In this document: one piece after another, positions 1 to 8,170 of the stretch
How positions within the stretch are numbered: position 1 is the first letter of the stretch
Layout: every line of letters starts with the position of its first letter
Source: Erysipelotrichaceae bacterium
GTDB taxonomy: Bacteria; Bacillota_I; Bacilli_A; Erysipelotrichales; Coprobacillaceae
DNA length: 32,000 nucleotides
Reading direction: 5' to 3'
Assembly: GCA_028698185.1 (NCBI GenBank)
Contig: JAQVDW010000015.1
Span: forward strand, 1-32,000
Translations under genes and position numbers: made by a program
Notes under the pieces: generated by a model
The model's database searches: none
What the model was told of the DNA's origin: nothing
What the model saw: only the letters and a program-made list of their open reading frames with translations

Positions 1-96
1 TGGCATGATGGACACACCTGTTCCCATCCCGAACACAGAAGTTAAGCATCATAACGGCGAAGATAGTGCAATGTGCGACAATAGCAAGCTGCCAGT
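1..96 (+). rRNA. rrf: 5S ribosomal RNA, 3' portion (5' end is upstream of the window)
   Basis: Contains the conserved 5S core CCTGTTCCCATCCCGAACACAGAAGTTAAGC. The 3' GCTGCCAG closes helix I against the 5' TGGCA. An intrinsic terminator follows directly. Confidence 0.9.
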
Positions 97-103
97 TTGA
101 CAC

Positions 104-127
104 GAAGGACGGAAGTCCTTCTTTTTT
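104..127 (+). terminator. Rho-independent terminator of the rRNA operon
   Basis: Perfect 7-bp stem GAAGGAC/GTCCTTC with GGAA tetraloop, followed by TTTTTT. Confidence 0.8.
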
Positions 128-222
128 GTATCCAGATGGATTGTCTTGGAAATCATACCGGGATAACAATATCGAGCATCGGACAGTAATTTGGTGTATA
201 ATGAAAGCATGGAGATGATCGC

Positions 223-879
223 ATGGAGCCTATTTTAGAGAATGTTTTAAGCTTTTATAATAAACTGACCAAGAAGCAAAGGGATTTGCTCAAGCATAAT
301 ACCCACCGGTATGAATTTAAGCAATCCGAAATGCTCAATCATGATAGAAATGAATGCAAGGGGATTGAAATCATAGTATCAGGCCAGGCTCGGGTTTTCA
401 TCTCGTCGCTTCATGGCTCGCAGATCACATTGTATCGTCTTTTTGACAATGATGTCTGCATCCTTTCGGCCGGGTGCATGTTGAAAAATCTCGATATCCC
501 AATTGAGATCGAATTCGAAAAGGATACTGAGATGTATGTGATTGACAACTACATCTTCAAAAAGATCTGTGATGAGAATATCCATGTAAAAGAGTTTGTC
601 CTTGAGGAGCTGGCAATGAAATTCTCCGATGTGATGTGGCTTTTCAATCAATACGTATTTTCGAACAATGCAAACAGGCTGGCTGAGGCTTTGATTCACC
701 ATGTTTCAATCCAGGAGTGCATGGATCTGAAAATTACCCATGAAGTCCTTGCCAACGATATGGGAACAGCCAGGGAGGTTGTCACGCGTCTGCTCAAGCA
801 ATTCCAAAAGGATAAGATTGTGAAGCTCGGTCGGGGTAAAATCGAGATTTTGGATTTCGAAGAACTCAAGAGAATATAG
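223..879 (+). CDS. Crp/Fnr family transcriptional regulator
   Basis: 218 aa. N-terminal cNMP-binding-like beta-roll region, and a C-terminal HTH_Crp segment (ITHEVLANDMGTAREVVTRLLKQFQKDKIV). GGAGA lies 7 nt upstream of the ATG. No FNR-type N-terminal Cys cluster. Confidence 0.85.
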   Translation: MEPILENVLSFYNKLTKKQRDLLKHNTHRYEFKQSEMLNHDRNECKGIEIIVSGQARVFISSLHGSQITLYRLFDNDVCILSAGCMLKNLDIPIEIEFEKDTEMYVIDNYIFKKICDENIHVKEFVLEELAMKFSDVMWLFNQYVFSNNANRLAEALIHHVSIQECMDLKITHEVLANDMGTAREVVTRLLKQFQKDKIVKLGRGKIEILDFEELKRI

Positions 880-880
880 A

Positions 881-906
881 AAAGCCTTCGATCAATCGAA
901 GGCTTT
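881..906. terminator. Hairpin between convergent genes; possible bidirectional terminator
   Basis: AAAGCCTTCG-atcaat-CGAAGGCTTT, a 10-bp perfect stem flanked by A and T runs on either side. It overlaps the last codons and stop of the minus-strand gene 892..1506. Confidence 0.5.
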
Positions 907-1506
907 ATTGTCGTGGTCGTATTCGCTTTTCAAATTCATTGCTTTAAGCTTGCAGATGCCCTGGGTCATTGTCCCGATCGGGCAATAAACGCACCATGTC
1001 CGGGGTTTGAAGAATACCATGGTTATAATTCCTAGAATAGTCGAAGTAAGCATAAGTGAATACAATCCGTATGCGAACTGACTTACCCAAGGGATGGTTC
1101 CATGGTAATTGAATGTGAACGGTACTTTGAATGTCCACAGCAAGGTGATGACTTGTCTGAAGGTGGCTGCATCCTTGTAAACGACATACGTTGTTACGAT
1201 GCTCATGGAAAACATCGTCATGAAAAATATCAGGAACGCATATCTAAAGGTGGTGCTTTTAAGGACGGCAGGACACTCTTTGCGCTTAGATAGTTTTAGG
1301 CGGTTGCCTAAAAGGTCCATCAGCTGGCTTCTGCCGCAGTATTTGTTGCAGTAAGTCTTCTTGCCGTCCTTGATGGCAAAATACAGGGGCACCGCCATAC
1401 AGATCATTCCCAGCCAGGCAAAGACAACGTTGAACAGTCCCAAAATGAAATATAGGATAGTTGCAATCCATAAATAATCGTACCAGCTATTTTTCTTTTT
1501 CTTCAT
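892..1506 (-). CDS. Integral-membrane 4Fe-4S-binding protein (NapH/Fer4_5-like small membrane Fe-S protein)
   Basis: 204 aa with several hydrophobic helices and Cys motifs CNKYCG and WCVYCPIGT...C. Its start overlaps the stop of the upstream ferredoxin by 1 nt, indicating an operon. Confidence 0.65.
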   Translation of the reverse strand: MKKKKNSWYDYLWIATILYFILGLFNVVFAWLGMICMAVPLYFAIKDGKKTYCNKYCGRSQLMDLLGNRLKLSKRKECPAVLKSTTFRYAFLIFFMTMFSMSIVTTYVVYKDAATFRQVITLLWTFKVPFTFNYHGTIPWVSQFAYGLYSLMLTSTILGIITMVFFKPRTWCVYCPIGTMTQGICKLKAMNLKSEYDHDNKAFD

Positions 1507-1694
1507 TACTTCACATCCTCCATTTCGATTACTGATGCTGGGCAGGCTTTCTTACAAAGAGAGCAACCGACGCATTTATCAAGATCGACCTTGGCATACA
1601 TGCCCTTATATATTTCAATTGCATCCCGTGGACATACCTTTACACATGCGCCACATGAAACGCATTGTTTCTGATTGATTATCGCTTTTCTCAT
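1506..1694 (-). CDS. 2x[4Fe-4S] ferredoxin
   Basis: 62 aa with two canonical CxxCxxCxxxCP motifs (CVSCGACVKVCP, CVGCSLCKKACP). GGAGG lies upstream. Confidence 0.88.
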   Translation of the reverse strand: MRKAIINQKQCVSCGACVKVCPRDAIEIYKGMYAKVDLDKCVGCSLCKKACPASVIEMEDVK

Positions 1695-1886
1695 AATTCC
1701 TCCGTTTTCCCTTTTTTATATTTAAAATGTTGGTATTTAATTTCAAGTTCAATGCAAGTATACCCAAAGAAAATCATTTTGTAAGTGATAAAGTTACCAA
1801 AAATAACACTTTATTGAATTAGTTTTTGAAAAAATCCATATAATAAAGATTATTTGCCCTATAATAAGGCTAGATAGGAGGTTGTT

Positions 1887-2636
1887 ATGAAAGCAATATT
1901 TTTTGATATCGATGGGACTCTTGTCACTCATAAGGACCGGCAAATGCCCCAGAGCACATTGACCGCCTTGAAGTTGCTAAGAAAGCGGGGAATCAAGGTT
2001 TTCATCGCGACTGGAAGGGCCCACAGTGCGGCAATGTTTATGGAAGAGTATTTCAGCTTTGATGGATACGTGTGCAACAATGGTACAATTGGGGTTTTTC
2101 AAGGCAAACAGATATTGGATATCCAGATTCCAAATGAATCGCTAGAAAAGATGATCGAGTACGTAAAGCAGTCCAGGATTCAGGTCAGCATTTCCACTGA
2201 CAAGGAAGTCTATTATGGTGGTTATCCGGGAGTCAGTTATGACGGTCCCTATCCGGTCAAACCGATTGAAACTTGCTTGACTGAGCGTGTCTACCAGGTG
2301 AACTTCTACGAGGGACCTGAATTGGATGATGAATTTCTGGCGCATATGCCTAAAAGCAAGTCGGTTCGCTGGAATGACCGATTTGCGGACATTATCTCAA
2401 TCGAGGGTGGCAAAGAGGTTGGTATCCGCAAAGTTCTCGAGCTTCTGGAAATACCCGAGGAACAAATTGCAGTTTTTGGCGACGGCGAGAACGACTTGAC
2501 GATGCTTCAAGCGTTCAAGTATTCCTTTGCGATGGGCAATGCCAATGATATTGTTAAAGAGAATGCCAATTTCGTCACGGATGCGATAACCGACGATGGC
2601 ATCTACAATGCATTGAAGAAAATGGATATAATCTGA
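1887..2636 (+). CDS. Cof-type HAD-IIB family hydrolase (sugar-phosphate phosphatase-like)
   Basis: 249 aa. HAD motif I is FFDIDGTL. Motif IV-like GDGENDLTM and the cap region are typical of Cof/YidA proteins. AGGAGG lies 6 nt upstream. Confidence 0.85.
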   Translation: MKAIFFDIDGTLVTHKDRQMPQSTLTALKLLRKRGIKVFIATGRAHSAAMFMEEYFSFDGYVCNNGTIGVFQGKQILDIQIPNESLEKMIEYVKQSRIQVSISTDKEVYYGGYPGVSYDGPYPVKPIETCLTERVYQVNFYEGPELDDEFLAHMPKSKSVRWNDRFADIISIEGGKEVGIRKVLELLEIPEEQIAVFGDGENDLTMLQAFKYSFAMGNANDIVKENANFVTDAITDDGIYNALKKMDII

Positions 2637-2729
2637 GTATCAGGGTTTTGGCGGTTTCTTTGTGGAGGCCGGCAGGGCCTTTTTTAATCTCCTTTAAACG
2701 GAAGTGAAGCTTCATTTGCTTTGAAGTAC

Positions 2730-2754
2730 AAAAAAAGAATGGCACTGCCATTCT
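2730..2754 (-). terminator. Rho-independent terminator of the ABC transporter operon
   Basis: On the minus strand: AGAATGGC-agt-GCCATTCT followed by TTTTTTT, 13 nt after the ATPase stop codon. Confidence 0.75.
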
Positions 2755-2766
2755 ATGGTTGCTTGG

Positions 2767-3558
2767 TTACTGTTTCAGGACATTGACATCGCTAAGGGCG
2801 ATATTGTAGGTCGAATATAATTTCATCACATCTTCGATCTTCATGCTCTTGCGGCTTTCACCCTCGAGGACGAACACTATTTTGCCGTTGTTCATAACGA
2901 ATGTCTTGTTGCCGTATTTGAAGGCATCCTCGATGTCGTGAGTGATCATCATCGTCGTGATATTGTTTTCTTTGACTATCTTCTCAGTGAGCTCCATGAT
3001 CTGGATCGATGTCTTGGGATCGAGAGCCGCTGTGTGCTCGTCCAAAAGGAGCAGCGAGGGGGTGACGATAGTGGCCATCAAGAGGGTCAGTGCCTGGCGT
3101 TGGCCGCCTGAGAGCAGGCGGACAGGTGTGTCCATCCTCTGTTCGAGGCCAAGGCCCAGTCTTTTCAATATATCATAGAAATATTGACGATCCTTCCGGG
3201 AAATGGCAAGTGCGAGGCTTTGTTTCTTTCCCCGGGAATAAGCCAAGCCGAGATTCTGGATGATCGACAGATTGGGAGCCGTTCCCTGGAAAGGATCCTG
3301 GAATAGGCGGCCGATGAAACGCGCCCGCTTGTAATCCTTGAGATAAGTGATGATCTGCCCGTCATTCTTGATCATCCCACTGCTGACTTCGACGCTTCCT
3401 GAAAGGGCGTTGAACAGGGTTGATTTTCCGGCTCCATTGGAACCGATGATAGTCACGAAGTCGCCGTCATTTAGCACAAAGTCAATATCCTTGAGGGCGT
3501 GCTTTTCATGAATGGTTCCGGGATTGAAAATTACATTTACTTTATTGACCTCTAACAT
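2767..3558 (-). CDS. ABC transporter ATP-binding protein (TrpZ-like)
   Basis: 263 aa. Walker A GSNGAGKST, signature LSGGQRQ, Walker B LLLLDEHTAALD. Overlaps the permease gene by 17 nt. Confidence 0.92.
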   Translation of the reverse strand: MLEVNKVNVIFNPGTIHEKHALKDIDFVLNDGDFVTIIGSNGAGKSTLFNALSGSVEVSSGMIKNDGQIITYLKDYKRARFIGRLFQDPFQGTAPNLSIIQNLGLAYSRGKKQSLALAISRKDRQYFYDILKRLGLGLEQRMDTPVRLLSGGQRQALTLLMATIVTPSLLLLDEHTAALDPKTSIQIMELTEKIVKENNITTMMITHDIEDAFKYGNKTFVMNNGKIVFVLEGESRKSMKIEDVMKLYSTYNIALSDVNVLKQ

Positions 3559-4450
3559 GGTTAACTCTCTTTCGATAGTTTTGGTAAATTGATTTTAGTT
3601 GGGGCAAGAATATCGCGAAGACGACGATCAAGGCGCTGAACAGTTTCAGGTAGCTTGAGGGAAGCCCCATTTGAAATGAATAAGTCAGGGCCAACCGGTA
3701 AACGATTGATCCAAGAACGATGGCGATCAGGTTCCTAAGGATGGTCTTGTTGCCAATCAGGGCCTCGCCGATAATGATTGAAGCCAAGGATAATACCAGC
3801 ATCCCGTTTCCTACCGTATAGGACCCTTGTTGGTTGTACTGGACATAGATGGCGGCGCTTAAAGCCACCAGGGCGTTGGTCAAACCAAATCCGATGATTT
3901 TCATCATATCGGTATTGATTGATGACGAGCGTACCATAACTTCATTGTCGCCTGTTGCTCTAAGGGAAAGTCCGATTTTTGTGTTCAGGAAATAGATCAT
4001 CAAGGCGACGATCAGGATATTGATGATGATCAACAGCAAGCCTTTTGAAATGTCGATTCCATTGACAAAGAACATACCGGTGAAAAATGAGAAGATGGTC
4101 TTTTGGCCAAAGAACATTACCGTCGGCTTCTCATCCATGATGATCAGGTTGATCGAATACAGAGCCGTCATTGTCAGTATTCCGGCCAGGATCGCCTGGA
4201 TCTTCAGTTTGGTATGGAGCAATCCAGTCACGATCCCCGCCAGGGAACCGCCGATTACCGCCATTAATATACCAAGATAAGGGTGATTCTGTTGCGCCAG
4301 GACGCCGGAAATGGCCAATCCGGTTACGAACGATCCATCGACAGTCAAATCCGGCAGATCCAGTATCCTAAATGCGATGTATAAACCTAAAGAAAGGATT
4401 GAGAATATCAGTCCGAGTTCAATCCCTCCGACAATTGTAATCAAAGACAT
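3542..4450 (-). CDS. ABC transporter permease (TrpY-like, branched-chain/BMP-type permease fold)
   Basis: 302 aa, highly hydrophobic with about 8-10 predicted TM segments. Sits between the binding-protein and ATPase genes. Confidence 0.85.
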   Translation of the reverse strand: MSLITIVGGIELGLIFSILSLGLYIAFRILDLPDLTVDGSFVTGLAISGVLAQQNHPYLGILMAVIGGSLAGIVTGLLHTKLKIQAILAGILTMTALYSINLIIMDEKPTVMFFGQKTIFSFFTGMFFVNGIDISKGLLLIIINILIVALMIYFLNTKIGLSLRATGDNEVMVRSSSINTDMMKIIGFGLTNALVALSAAIYVQYNQQGSYTVGNGMLVLSLASIIIGEALIGNKTILRNLIAIVLGSIVYRLALTYSFQMGLPSSYLKLFSALIVVFAIFLPQLKSIYQNYRKRVNHVRGQ

Positions 4451-4458
4451 ATGCGCAC

Positions 4459-5421
4459 CTAGTCGATCGCAACGTATTTTTCGTTGGCCAGGATGTCATC
4501 GGGAATGGCTACGTTCAATTCAGCCGCGTAGGTGGAATTGACATAGATGTATAAGTCGGTGTCGAATACCTTTACCGGAATGTCGTTGATTGCAGTTCCG
4601 TTGAGGACTTTGTCAACCATGTTCGCTGTCTCTTGTCCTAGTGAAGCGTAGTCAATTCCGACTGTCGCAAAACCGCCGTCCATAACCATTGAATCAGCTC
4701 CGGTGAAGACGAGTTTGTTCAATTTTTTAGCTTCTTGAGCCACGATGGGCATACCTTCGGCTACGGTGTTGTCATTGGCAACGAAAATGAAGTCCACTTT
4801 TTGGGCCAATACGGTTGTAGCTGTTTGTAAATCAGCTGAAGATGAAACTGAAGCTGTCTCGACTGTGAAATCTTGTTCCTGGGCAATCTCTTCAAGCTTG
4901 TTTAGATTAGCCACTGAATTTGCTTCCCCAGGATTGTAAATATAGCCAACCTTTTTTGCTTCAGGGACAAACCGCATAGCCAGTTCGATGATCTGGTCAA
5001 CCGCAATTGCATCGCTGGTACCGGTCATAGTAGTAGGCGCGTTCATGTCGCTAACCAGTCCGGCGCTAACCGGGTCAGTGACTGCCGAAAAGATTACCGG
5101 CATGCTGGCGGTAAGTTTTACGGCGCTCATTGCCACTGGTGTTGTGATGGCCACGGCGACATCTACCTGGTCGCTGGCAAGTTGGTTGACGCATGTTTCA
5201 ACGTTGGTCATGTCGCCATTGGCGTTGAGGAATGTGATCTGGTCTTCGCTATATCCCAGTTCCTTGATCTGATCCAGGAACGAATCATAGATCAGATTCA
5301 ACGACGTGTGATCCATCAATTGGATCACTCCAATTTTCTTTGTGTTGTCGACACTTGTTTTCGATGAGCATCCGGTCAACAACAGACCAAACGCCAAAAA
5401 TAATGATAATAATTTTTTCAT
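4459..5421 (-). CDS. ABC transporter substrate-binding lipoprotein (ABC_sub_bind / TrpX-like)
   Basis: The ORF track extends to 5490, but the likely start is the ATG at 5421 (MKKLLSLFLAFGLLLTGCSS). That gives a lipoprotein signal with an LTGC lipobox, preceded by GAAAGAGGAAAAACAT. The mature domain resembles the PF04392-type periplasmic binding fold. Confidence 0.85.
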   Translation of the reverse strand: MKKLLSLFLAFGLLLTGCSSKTSVDNTKKIGVIQLMDHTSLNLIYDSFLDQIKELGYSEDQITFLNANGDMTNVETCVNQLASDQVDVAVAITTPVAMSAVKLTASMPVIFSAVTDPVSAGLVSDMNAPTTMTGTSDAIAVDQIIELAMRFVPEAKKVGYIYNPGEANSVANLNKLEEIAQEQDFTVETASVSSSADLQTATTVLAQKVDFIFVANDNTVAEGMPIVAQEAKKLNKLVFTGADSMVMDGGFATVGIDYASLGQETANMVDKVLNGTAINDIPVKVFDTDLYIYVNSTYAAELNVAIPDDILANEKYVAID

Positions 5422-5454
5422 ATGTTTTTCCTCTTTCCGAAATTGATTGATAAA

Positions 5455-5680
5455 AATAAAAAAACACCCACCCATAAAGAACAAGTGCATGCCTGTTAGC
5501 CACCTTTACAAAAATGAAAACATTTCCTGCTTGTAACGCTAGCTAGCGGCTTAGCTAATAGACATTCGTTCACTTCGCCCTTGAAAGCCCATTTGCCTAT
5601 CGTCATCTCTGTCAAGGTTCCAGCCTAGCCCCGACTCTCTGTAAGCGACTAATAAGTTTTACTTCTTTCGCAACGGTTTC
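5455..5680 (-). promoter_or_regulatory. T-box riboswitch leader, probable tryptophan (UGG) specifier
   Basis: Read on the minus strand, in order. (1) Stem I base GAAAG/CUUUC with a 5' AGUA S-turn motif. (2) AG bulge AGAGAG. (3) Distal loop CUAGGCUGGAA closed by UCGGGG/CCUUGA. (4) UGG (plus-strand CCA at 5589..5591) followed by a purine, immediately 5' of the CUUUC helix. (5) F-box-like GCGUUAC. (6) T-box AAAGGUGGCUAACAGG (5492..5507). (7) An antiterminator: helix A1 GUAAAG/CUUUAU, 7-nt bulge GUGGCUA, helix A2 ACAGG/CUUGU. (8) A competing terminator CACUUGUUC-uuuau-GGGUGGGUG plus U7 (5458..5487). Confidence 0.78.
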
Positions 5681-5684
5681 AATT

Positions 5685-5713
5685 ATTGTATATCGATAAG
5701 TGCAATTATGCAA
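5685..5713 (-). promoter_or_regulatory. Candidate sigma-A promoter for the T-box/ABC operon
   Basis: Minus strand TTGCAT (5708..5713), 17 nt spacer, TACAAT (5685..5690). This places the transcription start just upstream of the Stem I sequence. Confidence 0.55.
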
Positions 5714-5843
5714 TTGATTCCAGTCAAAAAACTAAAAAATCAAACCATTTATTATTAAAATAAAAAAATGGCGTATAAAATTAGGAATTGAGCTAATGTC
5801 GATGGCCCGGATTGTCCAATGTCCGTTCGCGGTGGTGAACTGG

Positions 5844-5887
5844 GGAGGAACCCTTCCATATATATGGAGGAACTCTTCCTTATATAT
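5844..5887. repeat. Tandem 22-nt direct repeat (2 copies) containing a 14-bp perfect palindrome
   Basis: The copies are GGAGGAACCCTTCCATATATAT and GGAGGAACTCTTCCTTATATAT, matching at 20 of 22 positions. Each copy has a GGAA-nnn-TTCC mini-hairpin. TCCATATATATGGA (5855..5868) is a perfect palindrome spanning the junction. Confidence 0.85.
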
Positions 5888-5991
5888 GTGTGAAAAGGGC
5901 AGGGATTCGAGTCGGACGCACCAAGGAAAGTGCCCAAAAGAGGTGGTTGATCATGAGGAAAAAAGTAATTGAAAAAAAATTTAAAAAAAAC

Positions 5992-6019
5992 TTGCATTGA
6001 CGGCTATTTTTGTTATAAT
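5992..6019 (+). promoter_or_regulatory. Candidate sigma-A promoter of the S10-spc-alpha cluster with an A/T-rich UP-like element
   Basis: TTGCAT (5992..5997), 16 nt spacer, TATAAT (6014..6019) with TG at 6011..6012 (extended -10). Immediately upstream is GAAAAAAAATTTAAAAAAAA. The promoter lies 128 nt upstream of the rpsJ ATG. Confidence 0.65.
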
Positions 6020-6147
6020 ACGAATGTTGACATTGCGAAGATGTGCGAGGTTGCTGAAACACCGGAAGGCGTTGTCATGTGATCGTTGATTTCAGGTAAT
6101 TCGCATGGAGCAAGTCTATTTATTAGATAGGCGAAAGGAGAAAAATC

Positions 6148-6456
6148 ATGGCAAACAACAAAATTAGAATTAGATTAAAGGCATTTGATCACAAAATCCT
6201 AGATTCTTCGGCAGAAAAAATCATTTCATCTGCTAAAAAATCAGGTGCTCAAGTAGTAGGTCCAGTACCTCTTCCAACTCAAAAGGAAGTTTATACTATC
6301 TTAAGAGCTGTTCACAAATACAAAGATTCTCGTGAACAATTCGAAATCAGAACTCATAAGAGATTAATTGACATTGTGAACCCTACACCAGAAACAGTTG
6401 ATGTATTGACTCGTTTGGAATTACCAAGTGGTGTAGACATCGAAATCAAATTATAG
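6148..6456 (+). CDS. rpsJ: 30S ribosomal protein S10
   Basis: 102 aa, [19 protein letters not shown]...HKRLIDI. This is canonical S10 sequence and cluster position. AAAGGAG lies upstream. Confidence 0.98.
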   Translation: MANNKIRIRLKAFDHKILDSSAEKIISSAKKSGAQVVGPVPLPTQKEVYTILRAVHKYKDSREQFEIRTHKRLIDIVNPTPETVDVLTRLELPSGVDIEIKL

Positions 6457-6475
6457 AAAGGCAAAGGTGTAACTC

Positions 6476-7183
6476 ATGAAAGGAATCTTAGGTCGTAAGA
6501 TCGGAATGACTCAAGTCTTCAATGAAGAAGGAACATTAATTCCAGTTACAGTTGTAGAAGCAAACGCAAACGTTGTTCTACAAAAGAAAACAACAGCAAC
6601 AGATGGTTATGACGCTATCCAAGTTGGTTTTGAAGACAAAAGAGAAAAATTAGCAAACAAAGCGGAAAAAGGAATTTTCGCAAAAGCACAAACTGCTCCT
6701 AAGCGCTTCATCAAAGAATTTCGTTATGACGAAATGATGGGTTATGAAGTTGGAGATAAAATCGCAGTTGATAGCTTCGTAGCAGGTGAAGTTGTAGATG
6801 TTCAAGGAACTTCTAAAGGTAAAGGTTATCAAGGTGTTATTAAAAGACATGGCCAAAAAATCGGTCCAAAAGGACATGGTTCTGGAGCTCATCGTATCGT
6901 AGGTTCGATGGGACCAATCGCTCCAAACAGAATCGCTCCTGGTAAAAAATTGCCTGGGCAAATGGGACATGTAACTAGAACTGTTCAAAACTTGGAAGTT
7001 GTGGCAGTTGATGTTGAAAACAACTTATTATTAATCAAAGGTTCAATCCCTGGACCTAAAAAAGGTTTAGTGGTAGTAAGATCAGCGGTTAAAGGAAATG
7101 GAAAAATTAACGAAGCTCAAGCTTTAGTTGACTATACTCCTGCAGTTGAAGAAAATACAGAAGCTACTGAAGCTGCGGAATAA
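6476..7183 (+). CDS. rplC: 50S ribosomal protein L3 (with acidic C-terminal extension)
   Basis: 235 aa, [15 protein letters not shown]...[11 protein letters not shown] is canonical L3. About 26 extra C-terminal residues. Confidence 0.97.
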   Translation: MKGILGRKIGMTQVFNEEGTLIPVTVVEANANVVLQKKTTATDGYDAIQVGFEDKREKLANKAEKGIFAKAQTAPKRFIKEFRYDEMMGYEVGDKIAVDSFVAGEVVDVQGTSKGKGYQGVIKRHGQKIGPKGHGSGAHRIVGSMGPIAPNRIAPGKKLPGQMGHVTRTVQNLEVVAVDVENNLLLIKGSIPGPKKGLVVVRSAVKGNGKINEAQALVDYTPAVEENTEATEAAE

Positions 7184-7200
7184 TAGAAAGGAGATACACA

Positions 7201-7821
7201 ATGCAAGTTAAGGTATTAAACCAACAAGGTGTTGAAGTTAAAGATATCGAGTTAAACGAAGCTGTCTTTAATATTGAACCAAACAACCAAGCTATCTTCG
7301 ACATGGTTTTACTTCAAAGAGCTTCTTTAAGACAAGGAACTCACAAAGTTAAAAACCGTACTGAAGTTGCTGGTGGTGGAAAAAAACCATGGCGTCAAAA
7401 AGGAACTGGACGTGCTCGTCAAGGTTCAATCCGTGCGCCACAATGGCGTGGTGGTGGAGTTGTATTCGGACCAACACCAAGATCATATACATTCAAATTA
7501 AATCGTAAAGTCAGAAGACTGGCTTTAAAATCTGCGTTATCTACTAAAGTTAAAGATGCAGAATTCATGGTAATTGATGGAATTTCATTCGAAGCTCCAA
7601 AAACTAAGGACATGGTAAAAGTTTTAGAAAACTTACAAGCTCCTGCAAAAACATTAATCGTTGTTGATCAAATCGACGAAAACGTTGCTAGATCAGCTAA
7701 CAACATCCCAGGATTGAAAATTTTGGATGCTAAACGTGTAAACGTTTATGATGTTTTAAACAGCAATCAATTAATCATGACAGAAGCAGCAATCAAAGCA
7801 GTTGAGGAGGTACTTGGATAA
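7201..7821 (+). CDS. rplD: 50S ribosomal protein L4
   Basis: 206 aa with the motif [29 protein letters not shown]. Confidence 0.97.
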   Translation: MQVKVLNQQGVEVKDIELNEAVFNIEPNNQAIFDMVLLQRASLRQGTHKVKNRTEVAGGGKKPWRQKGTGRARQGSIRAPQWRGGGVVFGPTPRSYTFKLNRKVRRLALKSALSTKVKDAEFMVIDGISFEAPKTKDMVKVLENLQAPAKTLIVVDQIDENVARSANNIPGLKILDAKRVNVYDVLNSNQLIMTEAAIKAVEEVLG

Positions 7822-8108
7822 TGGCACACATTACTGACGTATTAAAAAAACCAGTACTTACAGAAGAATCAATGAGACTTATGGCTGAAGAAAACAAATA
7901 CACATTCGACGTCAATGTCAACGCTAACAAGATCGAGATCAAAAGCGCTGTAGAAAAAATGTTCAATGTAAAAGTTGCTTCAGTAAACGTAATGAACGTT
8001 AAACCTAAAACAAAACGCGTTGGTCGTTATGAAGGTAAAACAAACCGTCGCCGTAAAGCTATCGTAAAATTAGTTGCAGGTAACGAAATCAATCTATTTG
8101 GAGAATAA
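7821..8108 (+). CDS. rplW: 50S ribosomal protein L23
   Basis: 95 aa, L23-like ([11 protein letters not shown]...KAIVKL). The start overlaps the rplD stop by 1 nt (TAATG). Confidence 0.96.
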   Translation: MAHITDVLKKPVLTEESMRLMAEENKYTFDVNVNANKIEIKSAVEKMFNVKVASVNVMNVKPKTKRVGRYEGKTNRRRKAIVKLVAGNEINLFGE

Positions 8109-8170
8109 TCCAAACAAAATATAATATTGGAATAACTCATTCCAGATAATTAAAGAGGAGGAACTAGAGA

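Noticed and set aside
2666-2686. A possible terminator after the HAD hydrolase (AGGCC-ggcag-GGCCT plus TTTTT).
   Set aside because: The stem is only 5 bp. It may function weakly but is not strong enough to list as a feature.
5897-5923. A tRNA-like fragment, GGGCAGGGATTCGAGTCGGACGCACCA, with a T-loop-like TTCGAG and a terminal CCA.
   Set aside because: The putative T-stem arms are not complementary. No matching acceptor 5' strand, D-arm or anticodon arm can be found upstream on either strand.
5953-6000. A 15-codon Lys-rich mini-ORF (MRKKVIEKKFKKNLH) with a strong SD (AGAGGTGG), ending in the -35 of the S10 promoter. This looked like a possible leader peptide.
   Set aside because: Its Lys codons are simply the A-tracts of the UP-like element. 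No upstream promoter is evident to transcribe it. It is too short to evaluate without expression data.
6027-6032. A second perfect TTGACA hexamer just downstream of the S10 promoter.
   Set aside because: No acceptable -10 hexamer lies 16-18 nt downstream (GTTGCT). It probably sits within the transcribed leader.
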